From NCBI GenBank assembly GCA_013239625.1, contig MU053645.1, positions 1,790,274-1,854,273 of the forward strand: DNA of 64,000 nucleotides. Reading direction: 5' to 3'. Of the stretch, positions 24,093-37,373 are shown in pieces. Source of the stretch: Lama guanicoe. Taxonomy: Eukaryota. A program made the translations under genes and the position numbers. The notes below the pieces were generated by a model, which saw nothing but the letters and a program-made list of their open reading frames with translations, did no database searches and was not told where the DNA came from. Numbering within the stretch: position 1 is the first letter of the stretch; each line of letters begins with the position of its first letter.

Positions 24093-25869
24093 TCAAGAGG
24101 CAGTGCACTCTACTACTAAGTGCTTAGACTTGAGTGACCAGTTTCTGAGCCCTGGAAGCACCTTCTAAAAGGAGGCTGCATGGTAGAGTAAGGACTCTCT
24201 CCTCTGGGCTTTACTCTGGGAACTTGGCCAGACTTCAGAGCCACACACTCTAAAGTTTGAATAGAGACTTTACCACTAACTATTTGTGTCACTTTGGGAA
24301 AGGTACTTAATGTTTTTATAACTCAGTTAAGTCATCCCTCAAAGGGGGTTGGTAATAACTACTTCACTGGATTCTTGTGCACACTAAATGAGAAACTATA
24401 TGATATTCAGAAATATCTGCATGTATCAGGCCTTCGTGGCTCCTTCTAAAATTGTGATCTAGTCATATTATGGGATGAGCTGGGGAAAGCAGTAGATGAG
24501 AATTCCATAGAGATCATAATTGCTAAGACATCGCCACTGGTCTCTTTGTCACTGTAACCTAAGTGCTTTGTATACTCTCTGTTGCTTAACATACCACCTT
24601 ACTAAAAGAACGTCACTTTTGCATAAGTATGCCTCCCTCCTCCTTGTAGTGATGTGCCACAGGGGGGCTAATCCCAATTCCAGAGGTGAGTCTGCTTGAT
24701 CTAGGGCTATTCCATCCCCTTGGTACTCTGGTTCTGGAAGGGGTGGTGACGGAACTCTGCTCAATGAGACATGAAGAGAAGTTTGCAAAAGGACTTTTGA
24801 AGAAAGCGTCCTCACTCATAAGAAAAGGCCATCAGTAAAGATTGTCTCCTTTTCTTCCTTGGGAAGCTGCTTGACTCCAAGAATTATTGCAGCCATCAAG
24901 TTTCAGCCTTAGGACGGAAGTTGATATTGTGAATGGCAGAAGAAAGAGGTGGAAAAGGGCTGAGTCCTTGGCTGAGTCAAGCAATCATCAAGGCTGCCTT
25001 GCCTTAGAACTTCCAATCTGTGGATAATAAATTTCCTTACTAAGTTAAATTTAGTTGAGTTCCTTGTTATATGGAACAATGCTAAGTGATATGTATACTC
25101 AGGCACAAAACAATGCCTCAATGCATAATAGTTCCTGACTTTTGTCTGTTGGTAAGCACCTACCTCTTAAAAACAGTGGCAGAACTCATGTTTCCACGTT
25201 AAAGAAAAACTAGATTCTGAACGTCTTGTCTAATGATTGCTAGAGATCTGACAACTGTGATTGCCTTCTGTTCTAGATTGAAAAGGAATGCCTCAGGCAG
25301 AAAAATCCAACCTTTCTTTTAGGGGGTTCAGAGATACATTAAATACTTGAGCTCACAGATAAACCTAGTTTCAATTCAGAGAGTCATTGTGTAAAAGTGC
25401 ACCCATGTGAAATATCCATGGTGTAAAGATATCAAAGGTTACCTGCTTTCAATTTAGGTGACTGTACTGAAGTTGAGAAAAATAAATTTAGTGTATATAG
25501 TCAGAAAGTTTTGGTTAACTTTCCCCAGGTGTACTGCACTAAGCAACAAAGCTATAAAAAGAGGTGGCTATTTAGGATTTATCAAGAACTGGGATTTTGC
25601 CAGGACAGTGGAGCCAGGCACTAGAGGATGAGGTAGCAGATCAATGGTCCATGATGGACCATTCAGTAGGGAAGGAAGGAAGAGCTGAAGTATGCCAATA
25701 TACAGGTAGAAGGGGCTAAGAGACAGGGAGTCTAACAACACTAAGGTTCAAGTTTCTTTATGATGAATAAAGTACTTTGCTACAAGCTGTAAGGAACAGA
25801 AAATCTGATGATGAAGATAGTGATGGTGACGATGGCAGCTTTCAGTGGTAATTAGCACATGAGGGAAAT

Positions 25870-26125
25870 TGATGTAGCGCAGTGGTAACACACACCAGAT
25901 CCAGATTCAAACTAGAAAGGCTTGACTCTTCAGCTTCTCTGCTAATCAAATCAAGCTCTGCTAATTGAGCTTGCCAAGTTATCAGTCTGTGCCTCAGCTT
26001 CTTCATGTGTAGAACAATAACAGTAACAGCATCTTCTCTATAAGTTTGTTTTGAGGATTAAATAAGTTAATATATTTAGAACCCTTAGGGGAATATCTGG
26101 CATTTATAAAGCACCCTATTAACAA
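25870..26125 (+). mobile_element. MIR SINE
   Basis: 'tctgtgcctcagcttcttcatgtgtagaa...gttttgaggattaaataagttaatatatttagaacccttag'. Confidence 0.65.
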
Positions 26126-26131
26126 TAATTA

Positions 26132-26480
26132 TCATCAGCCTTCTGTATCCTTGGATCCCACATCCATGGATTCAACCAACCATGGTTCAAAAGTACTTGA
26201 AAAAAAGGATTCCAGAAAGTTCCAGAAATCAAGACTTTAATTTGCCACACACTGGCAAGTATTTAAGTAGCATTTTCATTGTATTTACAATATTTACATA
26301 GAATTTACATTGTATTAGGTATTGTAAGTACTCTAGAAATGATTTAAAGTATATGGGAAGATGTGCATAGGTTATGTGCAAATAGTATACCATTTTGTAT
26401 AAGGAACTTCAGTGTCTGGATTTTAGTATCTGTGAGTGGTATTGGGACCAATCCCCCTTGGATACAGAGGGACAACTGTA
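26132..26480. mobile_element. MER2/Tigger-type TcMar DNA transposon (MITE, ~350 bp)
   Basis: Inverted ends 'cagccttctgtatcc' and 'ggatacagagggacaactgta'; internal 'catccatggattcaaccaac' and 'tacattgtattaggtattgtaagta.tctagaaatgatttaaagtata'. Confidence 0.8.
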
Positions 26481-27126
26481 CTATGAAAAGTAATAAAAGG
26501 CTCAGGCATTGTGGTCAGACAGACTAGGGTTTGATTCACACTTTCAGAGTCCAAGTTTCTTCCTCTATGCTACCTACCCCGCAACACTAGTTCTGTCTTA
26601 TTCATAAAAAGAGTCCAGTACATGACATAAAAACAAATGCTTAAATAGAGGTGAATAAAATACTGTGTAAGTACACACGATGGAGGAATTCTTTCCTATC
26701 AGGGGCAAAGAATAAGAGTGAGAGTATCAGAAAGACTTCAAACAGCATTTGAGCTAAGCCTAAAAGATGATTATGTTTCCCACAGGCAGAGAAAGGGCAT
26801 GAGAGCACTGAAACCTGGGGGAACAGTGTGGGGAAACACACAGAAGTAGTAAAGCACAGAGTATAGTTGGGTTGGGAAATAGAAGATAGTCCAATGTGGC
26901 TTGAGTGCAGACAGAGTGAAGCAGGCTTGGACTAGGTGAGACACGAGTGAATGCCACCTTACACTGTGTGTCTTTATCTCATTCGAGTCCTGGCCCTGAC
27001 TTGGAAGAATGTGTTAGAAATTGAGATGGGAAGGTAGAATTGTATGGAAGGGCACAGGGCCTTGAAACCCTCCATAGGGAACCTGGTCATATTTTATACA
27101 GGAGAGCCCACTGAAGGTTGTCATTG

Positions 27127-27213
27127 TTTTTTTAACAGAGGTACTGGGGATTGAGCCCAGGACCTCATGCATGCTAAGCACACACTCTACCATTGAGCTA
27201 TAACCTCCATCCC
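27127..27213 (-). mobile_element. tRNA-derived SINE (camelid Vic-1-like)
   Basis: 'gaggtactggggattgagcccaggacctcatgcatgctaagcacacactctaccattgagctataacctcc'; A and B boxes on the minus strand. Confidence 0.8.
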
Positions 27214-27892
27214 AGAATTTGTTTTTGTTTTTGTTTTTGTTTTTTTGAAATTGAGGTGGAGTAGAAGGTAAGCTTTGTTGTCAGATATAACTTTCATTTA
27301 TTCGTGATTGGACAGATGAAAAACGCACCCTAATTTTATCCCCAAGCAGCAACAGAGTAGGTCAGGTGACATCTGAACCGGTCCCGATATATATTACATG
27401 AGATAGCCCATACTGTATATCCAGAAAGTGGGTAGAAACAAAAGGGCCATATGAGTGATGAAGTATTTACTCCAACTACACCCCCAGGAAAAAATTGAAG
27501 GATGATCCTGGCCCTTACAAGTGCTACCCAAGGAGTGATGAGAACAGAGATAATGATCTTCATGAATGGACACAGAAACACACACACATGCACACGCACA
27601 CGCACAGACATAACACGCTTACCCTGTCCTTTGGCTGAGACTGAAAAAAATCCACAGGCGTGAATTAGTTATGTATCTGCCCTGGGATGCATGTGGGACT
27701 TAGAGGTATCTGTGTGGGCCACAATGTGAAGTTCCCCAAATATAAATGCAGTACTCTCAGGAGGAAATCTAGGCTGAGGGGGCTCTGATAAGAAAAAAAT
27801 ATATAGAGAGAACTTTAAAAATCATCTAAATTGCAGATGCAAGCCACAAAAACATATGCTGCTTTTTCACCCGTAATAGTGGGCTCTGCCTC

Positions 27893-27996
27893 CTTTATTT
27901 TATTTAAAAAATGTTTTAATTGGAGGTACTAAAGATTGAACCCATGACCCTGTGCATGCTAAGCACGCACTCTGCCACTGAGCCATACTCTCCCCC
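27893..27996 (-). mobile_element. tRNA-derived SINE (camelid Vic-1-like)
   Basis: 'ggaggtactaaagattgaacccatgaccctgtgcatgctaagcacgcactctgccactgagccatactctcccc'. Confidence 0.75.
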
Positions 27997-28054
27997 TCTT
28001 CTTCATTTTAACTTGTTTATGTATGATGCATAGGTGGCTGCTAAAAATAGGGAT

Positions 28055-28760
28055 GTGTTACACTACTGAGATCAATTCTTTGACACCAACTACCTGGAGT
28101 TAGCATCAGACTCCATGGTATTTAAGGGTGCAATCCTCAACAATACTGCCCCCATGTGAGATCAGATGCCAGTTACAAGTCTTGGGGGCCACCCATACTT
28201 CTGACTGACAGTTATAAATTCAGGGTTCCCACAACCTCCTCAGGTTGGATAATTTACTAGAACAACTCATGGAACTCACTAAAAGTGCTATATGTAGAAT
28301 TATAGTTCTACTGTAGTTTTATTAGAAAGGATACACATAGGACAAGGTCTGGAAGGGTCTTAGGCATACAGCCTCCATGCACTCTTCCCATGGATTCAGG
28401 GCAACATCACTCTCCCTGGGTATCAGTGTGTTTACCAACCAGGAAGTTCCACTGATCCCTAAGTTTTCACTGGGGTTTCATTACTTAGGCTCGATTGAAT
28501 AAATCATTGGTCATATGATTGAACTCCACATCTAGCCCTCCTCCCCTCTCTAGAGTTCCTGCTGGCCTAAAGGTCCAACTCTAACTATGTGGTTGGTCCT
28601 TCCAGTGACCAGCCGCAATCTGAAGCTAACTAGGGTCCTACAGTCTGTTCACCAGCATAAAAAAGATACTCCTATTAATCAAGAAATTAGAAGTTTTTTT
28701 GAAGCTCTGTGCAAGGAGCTAAGGACGAAGGTTAGATATGTTCTTTCTTATACCACACCA
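28055..28760. mobile_element. Solo LTR, MER21-like
   Basis: TG...CA-bounded ~700-bp element with 'gacaccaactacctggagttagcatcagactcc' and 'caggttggataatttactagaacaactcatggaactca', reminiscent of MER21-family LTRs. Confidence 0.55.
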
Positions 28761-29879
28761 TGTTTGAGGCATTTTGTCAAACTCTAAAAGCACACAGACA
28801 CAGACAAGAGACTACAAAGCTTGAGGGGAAAGGCCATAATCTAACCATTGGTCCTAATACTTACATTACCAGAATTCTGGAGAGTAGAGGGAAGAGGATA
28901 ATAACAAAGGAGGCAGGGGTAAGAGAGGAGGAAGTAGGAGGCTTCAACCTCTATAATCTTACCCACGTGCCCGCTGCTCAATTCTAGCTTTTAAAAGTAA
29001 ACAGGAGGGCCTGAAGTAGTTTTACCCCATAGTTTCAACTCTATAGTGAGTATAAAAATAAGGATATGAGTGGGTTTAGGAAAATGCATTACTTTCTAGT
29101 GACACTTCCCTAAAATGCCTTGTCATCCAGTGGATCCCCGGGGCAGGGGTTGGGGTAGGAGGTGGGATATTCAGTTAGAAAGAGGACAAGGACTTTCCAA
29201 GGGCTGCTACCTAAGATAAGACCAAAGGAGCAAGTCCTAAGAAGTGGGCAGAAAGCAAAATACAAGGAAGACAGCAAAGTATCTGCAGAGAGGACACATC
29301 TGAGACCATCCATAAAGCAGTTTCCATACGTGGTTCCCAGAAAAACCCTGTTCTGAGGCCCAGGACAGAAGCAGGAGGGAGCCTCAGGGGGAGTAGCAGC
29401 TTTTGAGTTCCTAGATGGGAAGGAGCTGCTGCCTGGGGCTCAGATCCAGAAATCATCTTCGGAATCGAGAAGCTTGGCAGTATCCCAAAGAGAAATCTTA
29501 TATGAAGGGCCCAAAGCATCTAGATGCCCTCCTCCTGAGTCTGTTCTCTCCCCTTCCCTAAAGCTACCCAGACTGGGGTTCCTTCCCCTTTTGCAGCTCC
29601 AGGCACCTGGAGCCTTGGCGCCCTCCCTCAATTTCGAGCTGGTCTCAGCTATCCTCACCTTCTGGAAAAGACAGACAGTAGAGAGTGAACGCCAAGTAGG
29701 TGGGAGGAAGGTAGTGTAGCTCACAGTTCCCATCCTCACACCTGCCTTTCCAGAGCCAGCGCCACGAGTGTACACAAATTGGGTGTTCACGAATTGCCAC
29801 TTCACCGTTCCCTGTCTCTGGTCACCCCTGAAGCCAACTCCCTCCACGTGTCCACCTCCCCCACCCACACAGAGAAACA

Positions 29880-30460
29880 CAGATTCACACTGCGCTGGGC
29901 GGGGAGCCTGGGGTGAGGGCAGGGGTGTTCGGAAGGCAGGGGAGAGAGACAGAGGGTCCGAGGCACTTCCTGCACCCGGATCTAGTCTCAGCCAGCGCCC
30001 CTCACGGATGCCACTTCTCGGCCTCGAACCTACCTCCTCCAACAGCGACGGCCGTTTCCCTCCACGAAGGCCTCCCGCGGGATGACTTCCTGCGTCTGGA
30101 GCTCCTGGACAAAAACAGACCCCGGCTAAGACGCTCGCGATTGGCTGAGGGACTGTATCCTCTCCCAACAAGTGCCGTAATTCTGGGCGCCCGAGGGATT
30201 CGTTTTCAGGCTAGTGCAGCATGCAGACCCCCACCCACACACCATCACATCCTACCACTCCTCCCACGGCCGTCCGTCAATCGTCAGGTGTAAGTCCTTC
30301 CTGTCCCTTTGCAGCTGAGCGCGACACACCTCCACGCCCGTCCAAGGGACAGCGCGGTCACGTGACCCGCCGTCAGCCCCACGTGACCGCGCAGGCCGCT
30401 TGTCTGCCGCAGCCCTGCAGCACCGATGGCAGTCTTCTGCCTCTGGGCTCGAGCTGCTTG
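29880..30460. promoter_or_regulatory. CpG-rich promoter-like element between GPRASP2 and BHLHB9 (candidate distal BHLHB9 promoter)
   Basis: CpG cluster with palindrome GGTCACGTGACC 30356-30367, CACGTGACC 30380-30388, reverse CCAAT box (GATTGG ~30139) and ETS-like ACTTCCTG (~30085 and ~29965). Confidence 0.65.
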
Positions 30461-31898
30461 CTAGAACAGTCTGAAGCTCCTGACCGTGCTGAAGATACAG
30501 AGCTGGAAGGAAGGCTGGGCCGGAGCCAAGCTTCCAGCCCTAGGCTGGGCCTTGCTCTGTAGGAGCACAGGGCTGGCGACGAACGCTCGATGAGGAGTTT
30601 CGAGACAACTGACTTTCAGTACTGATTCTGTATAAAACTCGGGTGACATAATAAAACACTCCCGGGATCTGTCTTGAGAAATATCGATAGGCAAAACTCG
30701 CATTTCCACCACTGGGATGATCTCTATTAACACCTGTGGTTTGTGAAGAGAGGCAAAACTGCCACTTTGCCCTACTTCCCTGAACCTTGCACCCTAGAAT
30801 CGGGTGGGGTGGGCGGAGAAAAAAGCATATTGCACTTACAGAAAAATTTTACAAAAATTGGGTAAAGACAGCATAGCTTACTGGATATTAGTTAAATCCA
30901 GTGTTGGGATTTACTTTCTACTGATCCAGCAAGTTTTCAATCATGAGAGACTGATGTTAACTTGCAGATGTCTTGTCTAATAGGTATGGAAATGATTTAT
31001 GTCCAGTGCAACAGAGAGCATCAATGGTTTCAGTTTATTGCCCTTAAGATATTAATCAGCTTTGTATTTGACCCAGCAATGTTACACTTTTATTAATTTT
31101 GTTTGTATAAAATTGAATGTATATTGTTATATTGATTGTATTGTGTATATTGTATATACACATCTCCTTCGACAATTTTCATAATCTTAGTAGTTAACTG
31201 TGTTGAAAAAAATCTTCCATATGTTCATTTCTAATTTACAAATCATGATTTTACCTTTTCAAAAATTAACAGCATCCTCAGACAAAACAAAAATAACATT
31301 TTCATCATGTCTGAAAATAATGAAACATGATTATTTCCCACAAGTCTGGATTTCCTCTCCTAATAACTCTATCCCTCACTTCTGTAATTCTTCTGTCTGA
31401 AGTTATGGCATGATCTTTTCACTTGTTATTGTGAATACACATAACATAAAATCATTTTGACCACATTAAAGTGTACAATTCAGTGGTATTAAGTACATTC
31501 ACAATGTTGTGCAACCATCACCACTATCTACTTCTAGAACTTTGTTGTCACTCCAGAGGAAATGCTATGATTTTTTTTTTATGTAATAGTCATGTAAAAA
31601 GGTTGCCATCATTCTACAGGAGAGTAGTATAAACTTAGCGACCCTGGTAATTTTACTTTTCTTTAAATAAACATTTCATAAGCTAGTCTTTCTTAAGTGT
31701 CATTCCTTTTCAACTTTTCTAGATAAGTTTATCTCTAGAAATTCTTTTTAACACTTAGTTTATTCATTTATAACTGTATCCTTTCCAACATGTCCACCTA
31801 TAACTTGAGGCACTAGATGTAAGCATATTAAAAGAAAAAACCCTGTCTTATTATTATATCTCCCCATGCCTGTCTCTGAAAACTTTTTTTAGCATAGT

Positions 31899-32028
31899 GT
31901 ATTTTTTTAGACTTTTTTTAATTGAGTTATAGTCATTTTACAATGTTATGTCAAATTCCAGTGTAGATCACAATTGTTCAGTTATACATGAACATGCATA
32001 TATTCATTGTCACTTTTTTTTCACCCTG
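31899..32028 (-). mobile_element. Short 5'-truncated lineage-specific L1 3' tail with target-site duplication
   Basis: 'ttttttaattgagttatagtcattttacaatgttatgtcaaattccagtgtag...' flanked by TAGCATAGT at 31890-31898 and 32029-32037. Confidence 0.6.
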
Positions 32029-32749
32029 TAGCATAGTATTTTTTCTAGATATGAGATATATGAAGTTTCTCAGCAAGTCACATTGAAATTGCATAGAAAT
32101 TGTGTCTATTTACACATTTTCAACATGGGATCTAATTTTCAATAGATGATATCACATTCTTCTCTATTTCACTGGACATAAAAGAATCAGTGCCATTTCA
32201 TGCCAATAAATAGATCATTTTTAATAGCTGCATGGTATTTCCTTAATACTTTCCTTGGACTAGGATCACAAAGAAAATCTTATTCCTAACCCCATTTAAT
32301 TGGTGACACTGAAGCAACACCTGTACTTTGAATTGCCAAATGTGTAGATTTGGCCAATTTAGTTCTTCAAACTGGCCTCGTTCCAACTGCAACCCTCACT
32401 AAATGTCTCACTTATGCCAGGCAGATAGGTTACATTCATGCTACTGGAACAGATTTTCCAATTACACACTTTTCTTCATACCACTACTGCTCATTTCCAA
32501 GAATGACCTACTGGGTTGTCTTATCCTACTTTTCAGTGGCCAATTTAAGTGGGTCCCACTTCTCTGGTGCATTCCTCAAATACCACAGCCCACAGAAATC
32601 CCTTCCTTCTTGAGCTCCAGGAATGGGATTTTTCCAATGAGGGTCTATTTGTCATACTACTAATTATCTATGTTTGTAAGTGTGCCCATGTACCTACACC
32701 TGGATTTTAAACTGAAGAAGGGTCACTTTGGCCAATTTTCACATAGAAC

Positions 32750-32755
32750 TTTATT
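32750..32755 (-). terminator. GPRASP2: Candidate GPRASP2 polyadenylation signal (AATAAA)
   Basis: TTTATT on the plus strand, ~320 nt downstream of the stop codon. Confidence 0.65.
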
Positions 32756-33071
32756 GAAAACACAGACTCGAATAGAGAACCATATGTTTAAACAACAAAT
32801 AGCAGGGTAGCTTACACACACGGCTCAGTTCATTGAAAGCTCAATACTGAAAATACTGCAATCTGGACAGCAAGACAAATATCAACAAATTTTTTTCAGC
32901 ACTAATAGTCATTTGGCATCCACAAAATGATCCAGCTCAAATCAAGAATTGGACAATGTTAACATCAGCGTCAAAAATATAAGTTACAACATAAAACCAG
33001 ACTGAAAACCAAAGCACTACTCAGGGCTCTTTGGGAACATAAGGCTGATCAGAGGCAGGTGGTTAATCCTA

Positions 33072-35648
33072 TTAGCTTTTTTGTCCCTCAGGATCATTCT
33101 GATTGTCTAGTTGGACTTGCAGTTCCTCAGCTAACTTCTCAAACTCGTGGAATGCAGAAATAAGCGGCTCAAGACTGAAATCATCATCAATTAAGGACAT
33201 TGTTCCACTTTTTATAATATTACTGATATTCTGAAACATTTTAATAACAATCTGAATGTTATCGTTTGTCTCTTCTATGTTAAAGAGCCCCACAAATATT
33301 GATAGAGCTTTGGCACTGAATAGTTTTTTTGCCACCATAGGATTTTCAGACAAATTCAATAGCATTTTCAGAACATGAAACTTTGTTCTTGCATTGCCTG
33401 TAGTTAATAAGGAGAGAAACCCAGACATATAATTGGCAACCAGTGTGTGATAGTCAGTAGTTGTAGTAAGGTGTCTAAGCATCCTTAATCCAAGCAGCTG
33501 CTCAGGGGAACCCATGCTATGAGCAAGGGTTTCTTCACACACTTGACATACGAATGTCTCAATCATGTTCAGATTTGGATAAGGTGGAGCCATGTGAATC
33601 ATATTTTCCAAAAAACTTGTCCTAACACGGGAGGAGGGATAATTGAGCAAGGTTTCAATAAGTGAGACAACACCTGAATCACGAATGAAATCGCGGGTAA
33701 ATTGAGAAGCACTCCTCATACCCATTGCAATTTTAGATATTTCATGAATAAAAGGATCTCGAATTTTGTCCATTAACAGAAGGAGTTCTTCAAACTCTTC
33801 AGGACCAATTTTAAGCTCACATTGTATGCAGCTGCAGGACCAATTCTCAGGCTCTGCACTCTCCTTGGCCTTAAGATGCTCTCGAATTTCCCTGACTGAC
33901 CGGTAGGATGCATCATAGTGAAATGGGAACTCAGGGTCAGGTTGATCAGGCTGCAGCAAAGACTCCTGGTCTTCCCCTTCTGGGGTAACCTCCACAATCT
34001 TGGGCTTTCCCTCAAACATTTCAGAGTACACAGATGCTACTGCTTCTTCAGGAATTCTAAATGGGCTTGGGGATGGGAAGCCAACCCCATGACAAAGACC
34101 AGGTTTGAATTCAACAGTAACCTCATCCCAGGTTTGGGGCCTGGATGATACATTAACTTCCTCCTCAGCTGAATCTCTGAACCTGGGAGCAGCCTTGTAC
34201 ACGGGACGGGGATTTAAGTCAAAGCAGGCCTCATCCCTGTCCCAGAACCAGGACCCAAATATGGCCTCTTCTTCAGACTCTGGCCTGGCCTCTTCTTTGG
34301 CCACAGCTCCCAAATTGGACTTATCCTCTGTCCAGAACAAGGACCCACCAATGGCCCCCTCCTCAGCCCCTGGCTCGGATTCACAGATAGCCGTAGCCCC
34401 AGCTTCCATACCAGCCTCTTTCTCTGCCCAGAACCAGGACCCAATAATGACGTCTTCCTCAAATCTGGACTCTTGTTTGGCTCTATCACTGTTGTTAACA
34501 TCATTCTGGGCCCTGGACTTCAAGATAGTATTAGGCTCTTCCTTGTCTCTGGGCCTGAATCTACTATTGGCCTCTTCTCCAGGCAAAAACCAAGACTCCT
34601 TATAGTACTCATCTTCAGACTCAGATTCAAAAAAGTCCTCTCTCTTTGTCCGGAGCTTGGACCTGATATTTGCCTCATCCCTGACTCTGGGCCTGAACAA
34701 GTTATTGGTATTTTCTCCAGCCCACAAGCAGAATGGGTTGCCAGACTCTTCCTCAGACCCAGACCAGGAATCAATATAGGGATCTTGCTTGGATCTGGGC
34801 TTGGATCTGGGATTAGGCTGATGCTTGGCCCTATGCCTGGACCTGGTATTGGCCTCTTCTCTGGGCCATGATCTGATACTGGCCGCTTCTCCAGCCCAGA
34901 AAGAAGACATTGTAGAGGTCTCATCTGCTGACCAGAATCCAGACTCATTAGAGGCCTCCTCTCTGGCCCTGGGCCTGGGATAGCACCAAGACCCTGTATT
35001 AGTTTCCTCCCCTGATCCAAACCAGGGTTGGATTCCTGTCTGAACCTGGGAGCCAGGAAAGGTCTCAGTCTCCACACCGACCAATTCCCTATCCACAGGT
35101 AGGCCCATAGGTTTAGCAACTGACCCAGACTCAGAACTGACCAGTGGCCAGGCTACCGCATTGTTCTGGGACACGCTCTCTGTTTGGGACATGGCCTCAG
35201 CCCCAAACTCAGTCTGGGCCCAAGCCTGGGCTTCATCCTTGGGCCGTGTCCCAGGGATTGCCTTGGCTTCAGTCTTAGGACGTGCCCCACCTACTGCTCT
35301 GGCCTCAGTTTTGGGCCTCGCTCCTGCCACCACTTGGGATTCAGTTTTGGGCCTTGCCCCGGCAATTGCCTGGGACTCAGTTTTGGGTCTTGCCCCGGCC
35401 ATTGCCTGGGACTCAGTTTTGGGTCTTGCCCCAGCCATAGCCTTGGACTCAGTTTTGGGCCTTGCCCCAGCCACAGACTTGGACTCAGTTTTGGGCCTTG
35501 CCCCAGGCATTGCCTGGGCCTGGGTCCTAACTTTAGGTCTGACCACCATTGGGACTTCATTCTCTCTCTCAGCTCCACCCCCAACCTCTTCTCCAGGCTT
35601 CTTTTCACGCTTGGCCTGGGCGCTAGGCTCAACCTCAGCCCCAGTCAT
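33072..35648 (-). CDS. GPRASP2: G-protein-coupled receptor-associated sorting protein 2 (GASP-2), 858 aa, CDS in a single exon
   Basis: Intact ORF from the first ATG ([13 protein letters not shown]...). N-terminal GARPKTE repeats, central GASP motifs ([22 protein letters not shown]) and a C-terminal armadillo-like domain (…[24 protein letters not shown]…[11 protein letters not shown]). The ORF-track start at 35735 is an upstream GTG. Confidence 0.96.
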   Translation of the reverse strand: MTGAEVEPSAQAKREKKPGEEVGGGAERENEVPMVVRPKVRTQAQAMPGARPKTESKSVAGARPKTESKAMAGARPKTESQAMAGARPKTESQAIAGARPKTESQVVAGARPKTEARAVGGARPKTEAKAIPGTRPKDEAQAWAQTEFGAEAMSQTESVSQNNAVAWPLVSSESGSVAKPMGLPVDRELVGVETETFPGSQVQTGIQPWFGSGEETNTGSWCYPRPRAREEASNESGFWSADETSTMSSFWAGEAASIRSWPREEANTRSRHRAKHQPNPRSKPRSKQDPYIDSWSGSEEESGNPFCLWAGENTNNLFRPRVRDEANIRSKLRTKREDFFESESEDEYYKESWFLPGEEANSRFRPRDKEEPNTILKSRAQNDVNNSDRAKQESRFEEDVIIGSWFWAEKEAGMEAGATAICESEPGAEEGAIGGSLFWTEDKSNLGAVAKEEARPESEEEAIFGSWFWDRDEACFDLNPRPVYKAAPRFRDSAEEEVNVSSRPQTWDEVTVEFKPGLCHGVGFPSPSPFRIPEEAVASVYSEMFEGKPKIVEVTPEGEDQESLLQPDQPDPEFPFHYDASYRSVREIREHLKAKESAEPENWSCSCIQCELKIGPEEFEELLLLMDKIRDPFIHEISKIAMGMRSASQFTRDFIRDSGVVSLIETLLNYPSSRVRTSFLENMIHMAPPYPNLNMIETFVCQVCEETLAHSMGSPEQLLGLRMLRHLTTTTDYHTLVANYMSGFLSLLTTGNARTKFHVLKMLLNLSENPMVAKKLFSAKALSIFVGLFNIEETNDNIQIVIKMFQNISNIIKSGTMSLIDDDFSLEPLISAFHEFEKLAEELQVQLDNQNDPEGQKS
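35232..35510 (-). repeat. GPRASP2: Coding 36-bp tandem repeat (8 units of a 12-aa GARPKTExxxxx motif) in GPRASP2
   Basis: 'ctcagttttgggccttgcccc' recurs every 36 nt; seven GARPKTE units plus one GTRPKDE unit. Confidence 0.9.
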
Positions 35649-36353
35649 AGTACAAGTTACAAGGGAGGCCCCGTTAAACACTCCTATCCCAGTCTCAGTC
35701 TCTACCACAGATCTGTCACAGTACTGGATCTTCACACTCTAATCTTTCGATGATTCAGGTGATACAGTTGGAAACAAAAGTTAGTCAATCACCAGTCCAA
35801 CAGGCAGTCAGCCTCCTTCCCAAGCCCAGCCTCAGCCAATATTGCAGACAAAGAGGAAGCACAAGCAAGCTGGGGGAGGATGGATGGCTCCCGGGTGGGT
35901 GCAGACCTGTTGAGGGTGGTGGTCAGCCCCAAATCCCACACCACCAGAGCTGCCACTGGAGATCAATCTAGGAAGAGAGAATGACATGGGGCTTTGAGTC
36001 TCTTCCAATTGTGTCGCTCCACGCAAACACACACAGAGACTGGACCTTTAATGCTTAGTGGGACAGTTAGGTTATCAGAAGGTCTCTCTGCCACCCTCAT
36101 TTTGCGCACACCCTTTACTCCCAGAGCTTTGCCTGCTACAAAAGAGGTGTGAAAATGGTGGGAAAGTGTTTTGGTAATGGGAGAGGCTGAGGAGCACCCA
36201 GACCAGACCCTAATCACTCCTGGACCTGTGTTGGTCTCCTCTAGACCACTCAAAGTGGTACCCACTCTCATACCAACCTGCACTTATGTGGTGCAATTTT
36301 CCTCTTCTTGCTTTGTCCAGTAGTATTAAGCCCTAAGCAGATAGCAGGCCCTC
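35649..36353 (-). other. GPRASP2: Predicted GPRASP2 5'-UTR structure: coding-exon acceptor at 35967 and a candidate non-coding exon 36278-36353
   Basis: Minus strand: cattctctcttcctAG|ATTGATCTCCAGTGG acceptor (homologous to the BHLHB9 acceptor), tgcttatccatAG acceptor and GCAG|GTTGGT donor. Confidence 0.5.
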
Positions 36354-37373
36354 CTATGGATAAGCAAACATATAGGAGAAAATGGAGTCTGAGTGCTTGT
36401 TTGACAGGTAGGTACTTTGACCTCTGACACACACATCTTTCTGTTTAAGGGTCTCATTTGGTGTTTCCAGTCTCCTGGTTCCTGCTCTCAGGTCTTCTCA
36501 CATCCACAGTCCAATCCACACTTACCCCAATATTCCTAATATCTCCTGCAAAAATGGGCAAAGGGTTCTGCAGAAGTATGCAAATCTGGAAGACAGTAGG
36601 ACACGTGAATCAAAAACACCCAATTGGATGAAATATACCTGTCAGTCTTACTTTGTAGCTATCCCCTGCATTGTCCCTCTTCAAACAAACCTCCAGACTT
36701 GATCCAGTCTCTTCCTCCTTTCCTTTCTTGCAGAAGTGACCAGCCTTACAGCAGCTCTATGGACAAAAGATGAAAAGGTAAGACAGGAGACCAGGTAGCT
36801 ACTAAGCGCCTGGTGGACAGACCAATACCAAGGATGGGAATCTATATGTTGTCTTTAAATATTTAGAGTTCTCCTGGTAGAAGATTATCATTTTATTTAG
36901 GCTATTTCTGCGTTCCCAATAACAAACGACATCTCTTGACGTCACACTCTTCGCATTGCTCTCTTCTCCAATTCTAAGGATTCACCACTAGGTGTACCAC
37001 ATCCCTTTGCCTTGCGCAGCATAAATTGGGGGAAGGGCGCCCGCATATTCTAGAAAACAGGTTGTGCAGTGGTACTTGCATTTAAGACTTAACCCTGACC
37101 CTCACCTCCCAGCCCATCTCTTCCACCCTCAATTTTGTGGAGATGAGGAAGGAAGGCAAGAGAAGTGTGTAGAAACCTGTTAGAGAAGGCAATTCTAGAA
37201 GGTATTCCCGGATGCCTTCTTGCTCTGGTCGCAGTCACCCCACCCCATTCGGGTCTCCAGTCAATGGCTGCTGCCCACCCCCACCTCCCAACCCCACACA
37301 CCTTCAGAAATACAGGCTCGTTTCCTGCTCTTCGTTTTTCTCAAGCCTCTCCACTACAGATGCACCCCTTGGC

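Noticed and set aside
29440..30171. 243-aa minus-strand ORF at the 30-kb CpG element
   Set aside because: Non-ATG start, GC-rich promoter sequence and no recognisable protein similarity.
35232..35510. Regularly spaced repeats that superficially look like a CRISPR array
   Set aside because: An in-frame coding tandem repeat in a mammalian gene, with no unique spacers or cas genes.
35649..35735. 29-codon in-frame N-terminal extension of GPRASP2 in the ORF track
   Set aside because: Starts at GTG. The known protein starts at MTGAE(V/I)EP (ATG at 35648), and there is no evidence for non-AUG initiation.
33773..35753. Antisense and alternate-frame ORFs over GPRASP2 (and 18111-19712 over BHLHB9)
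   Set aside because: Shadow ORFs arising from the codon bias and repeats of the real CDS.
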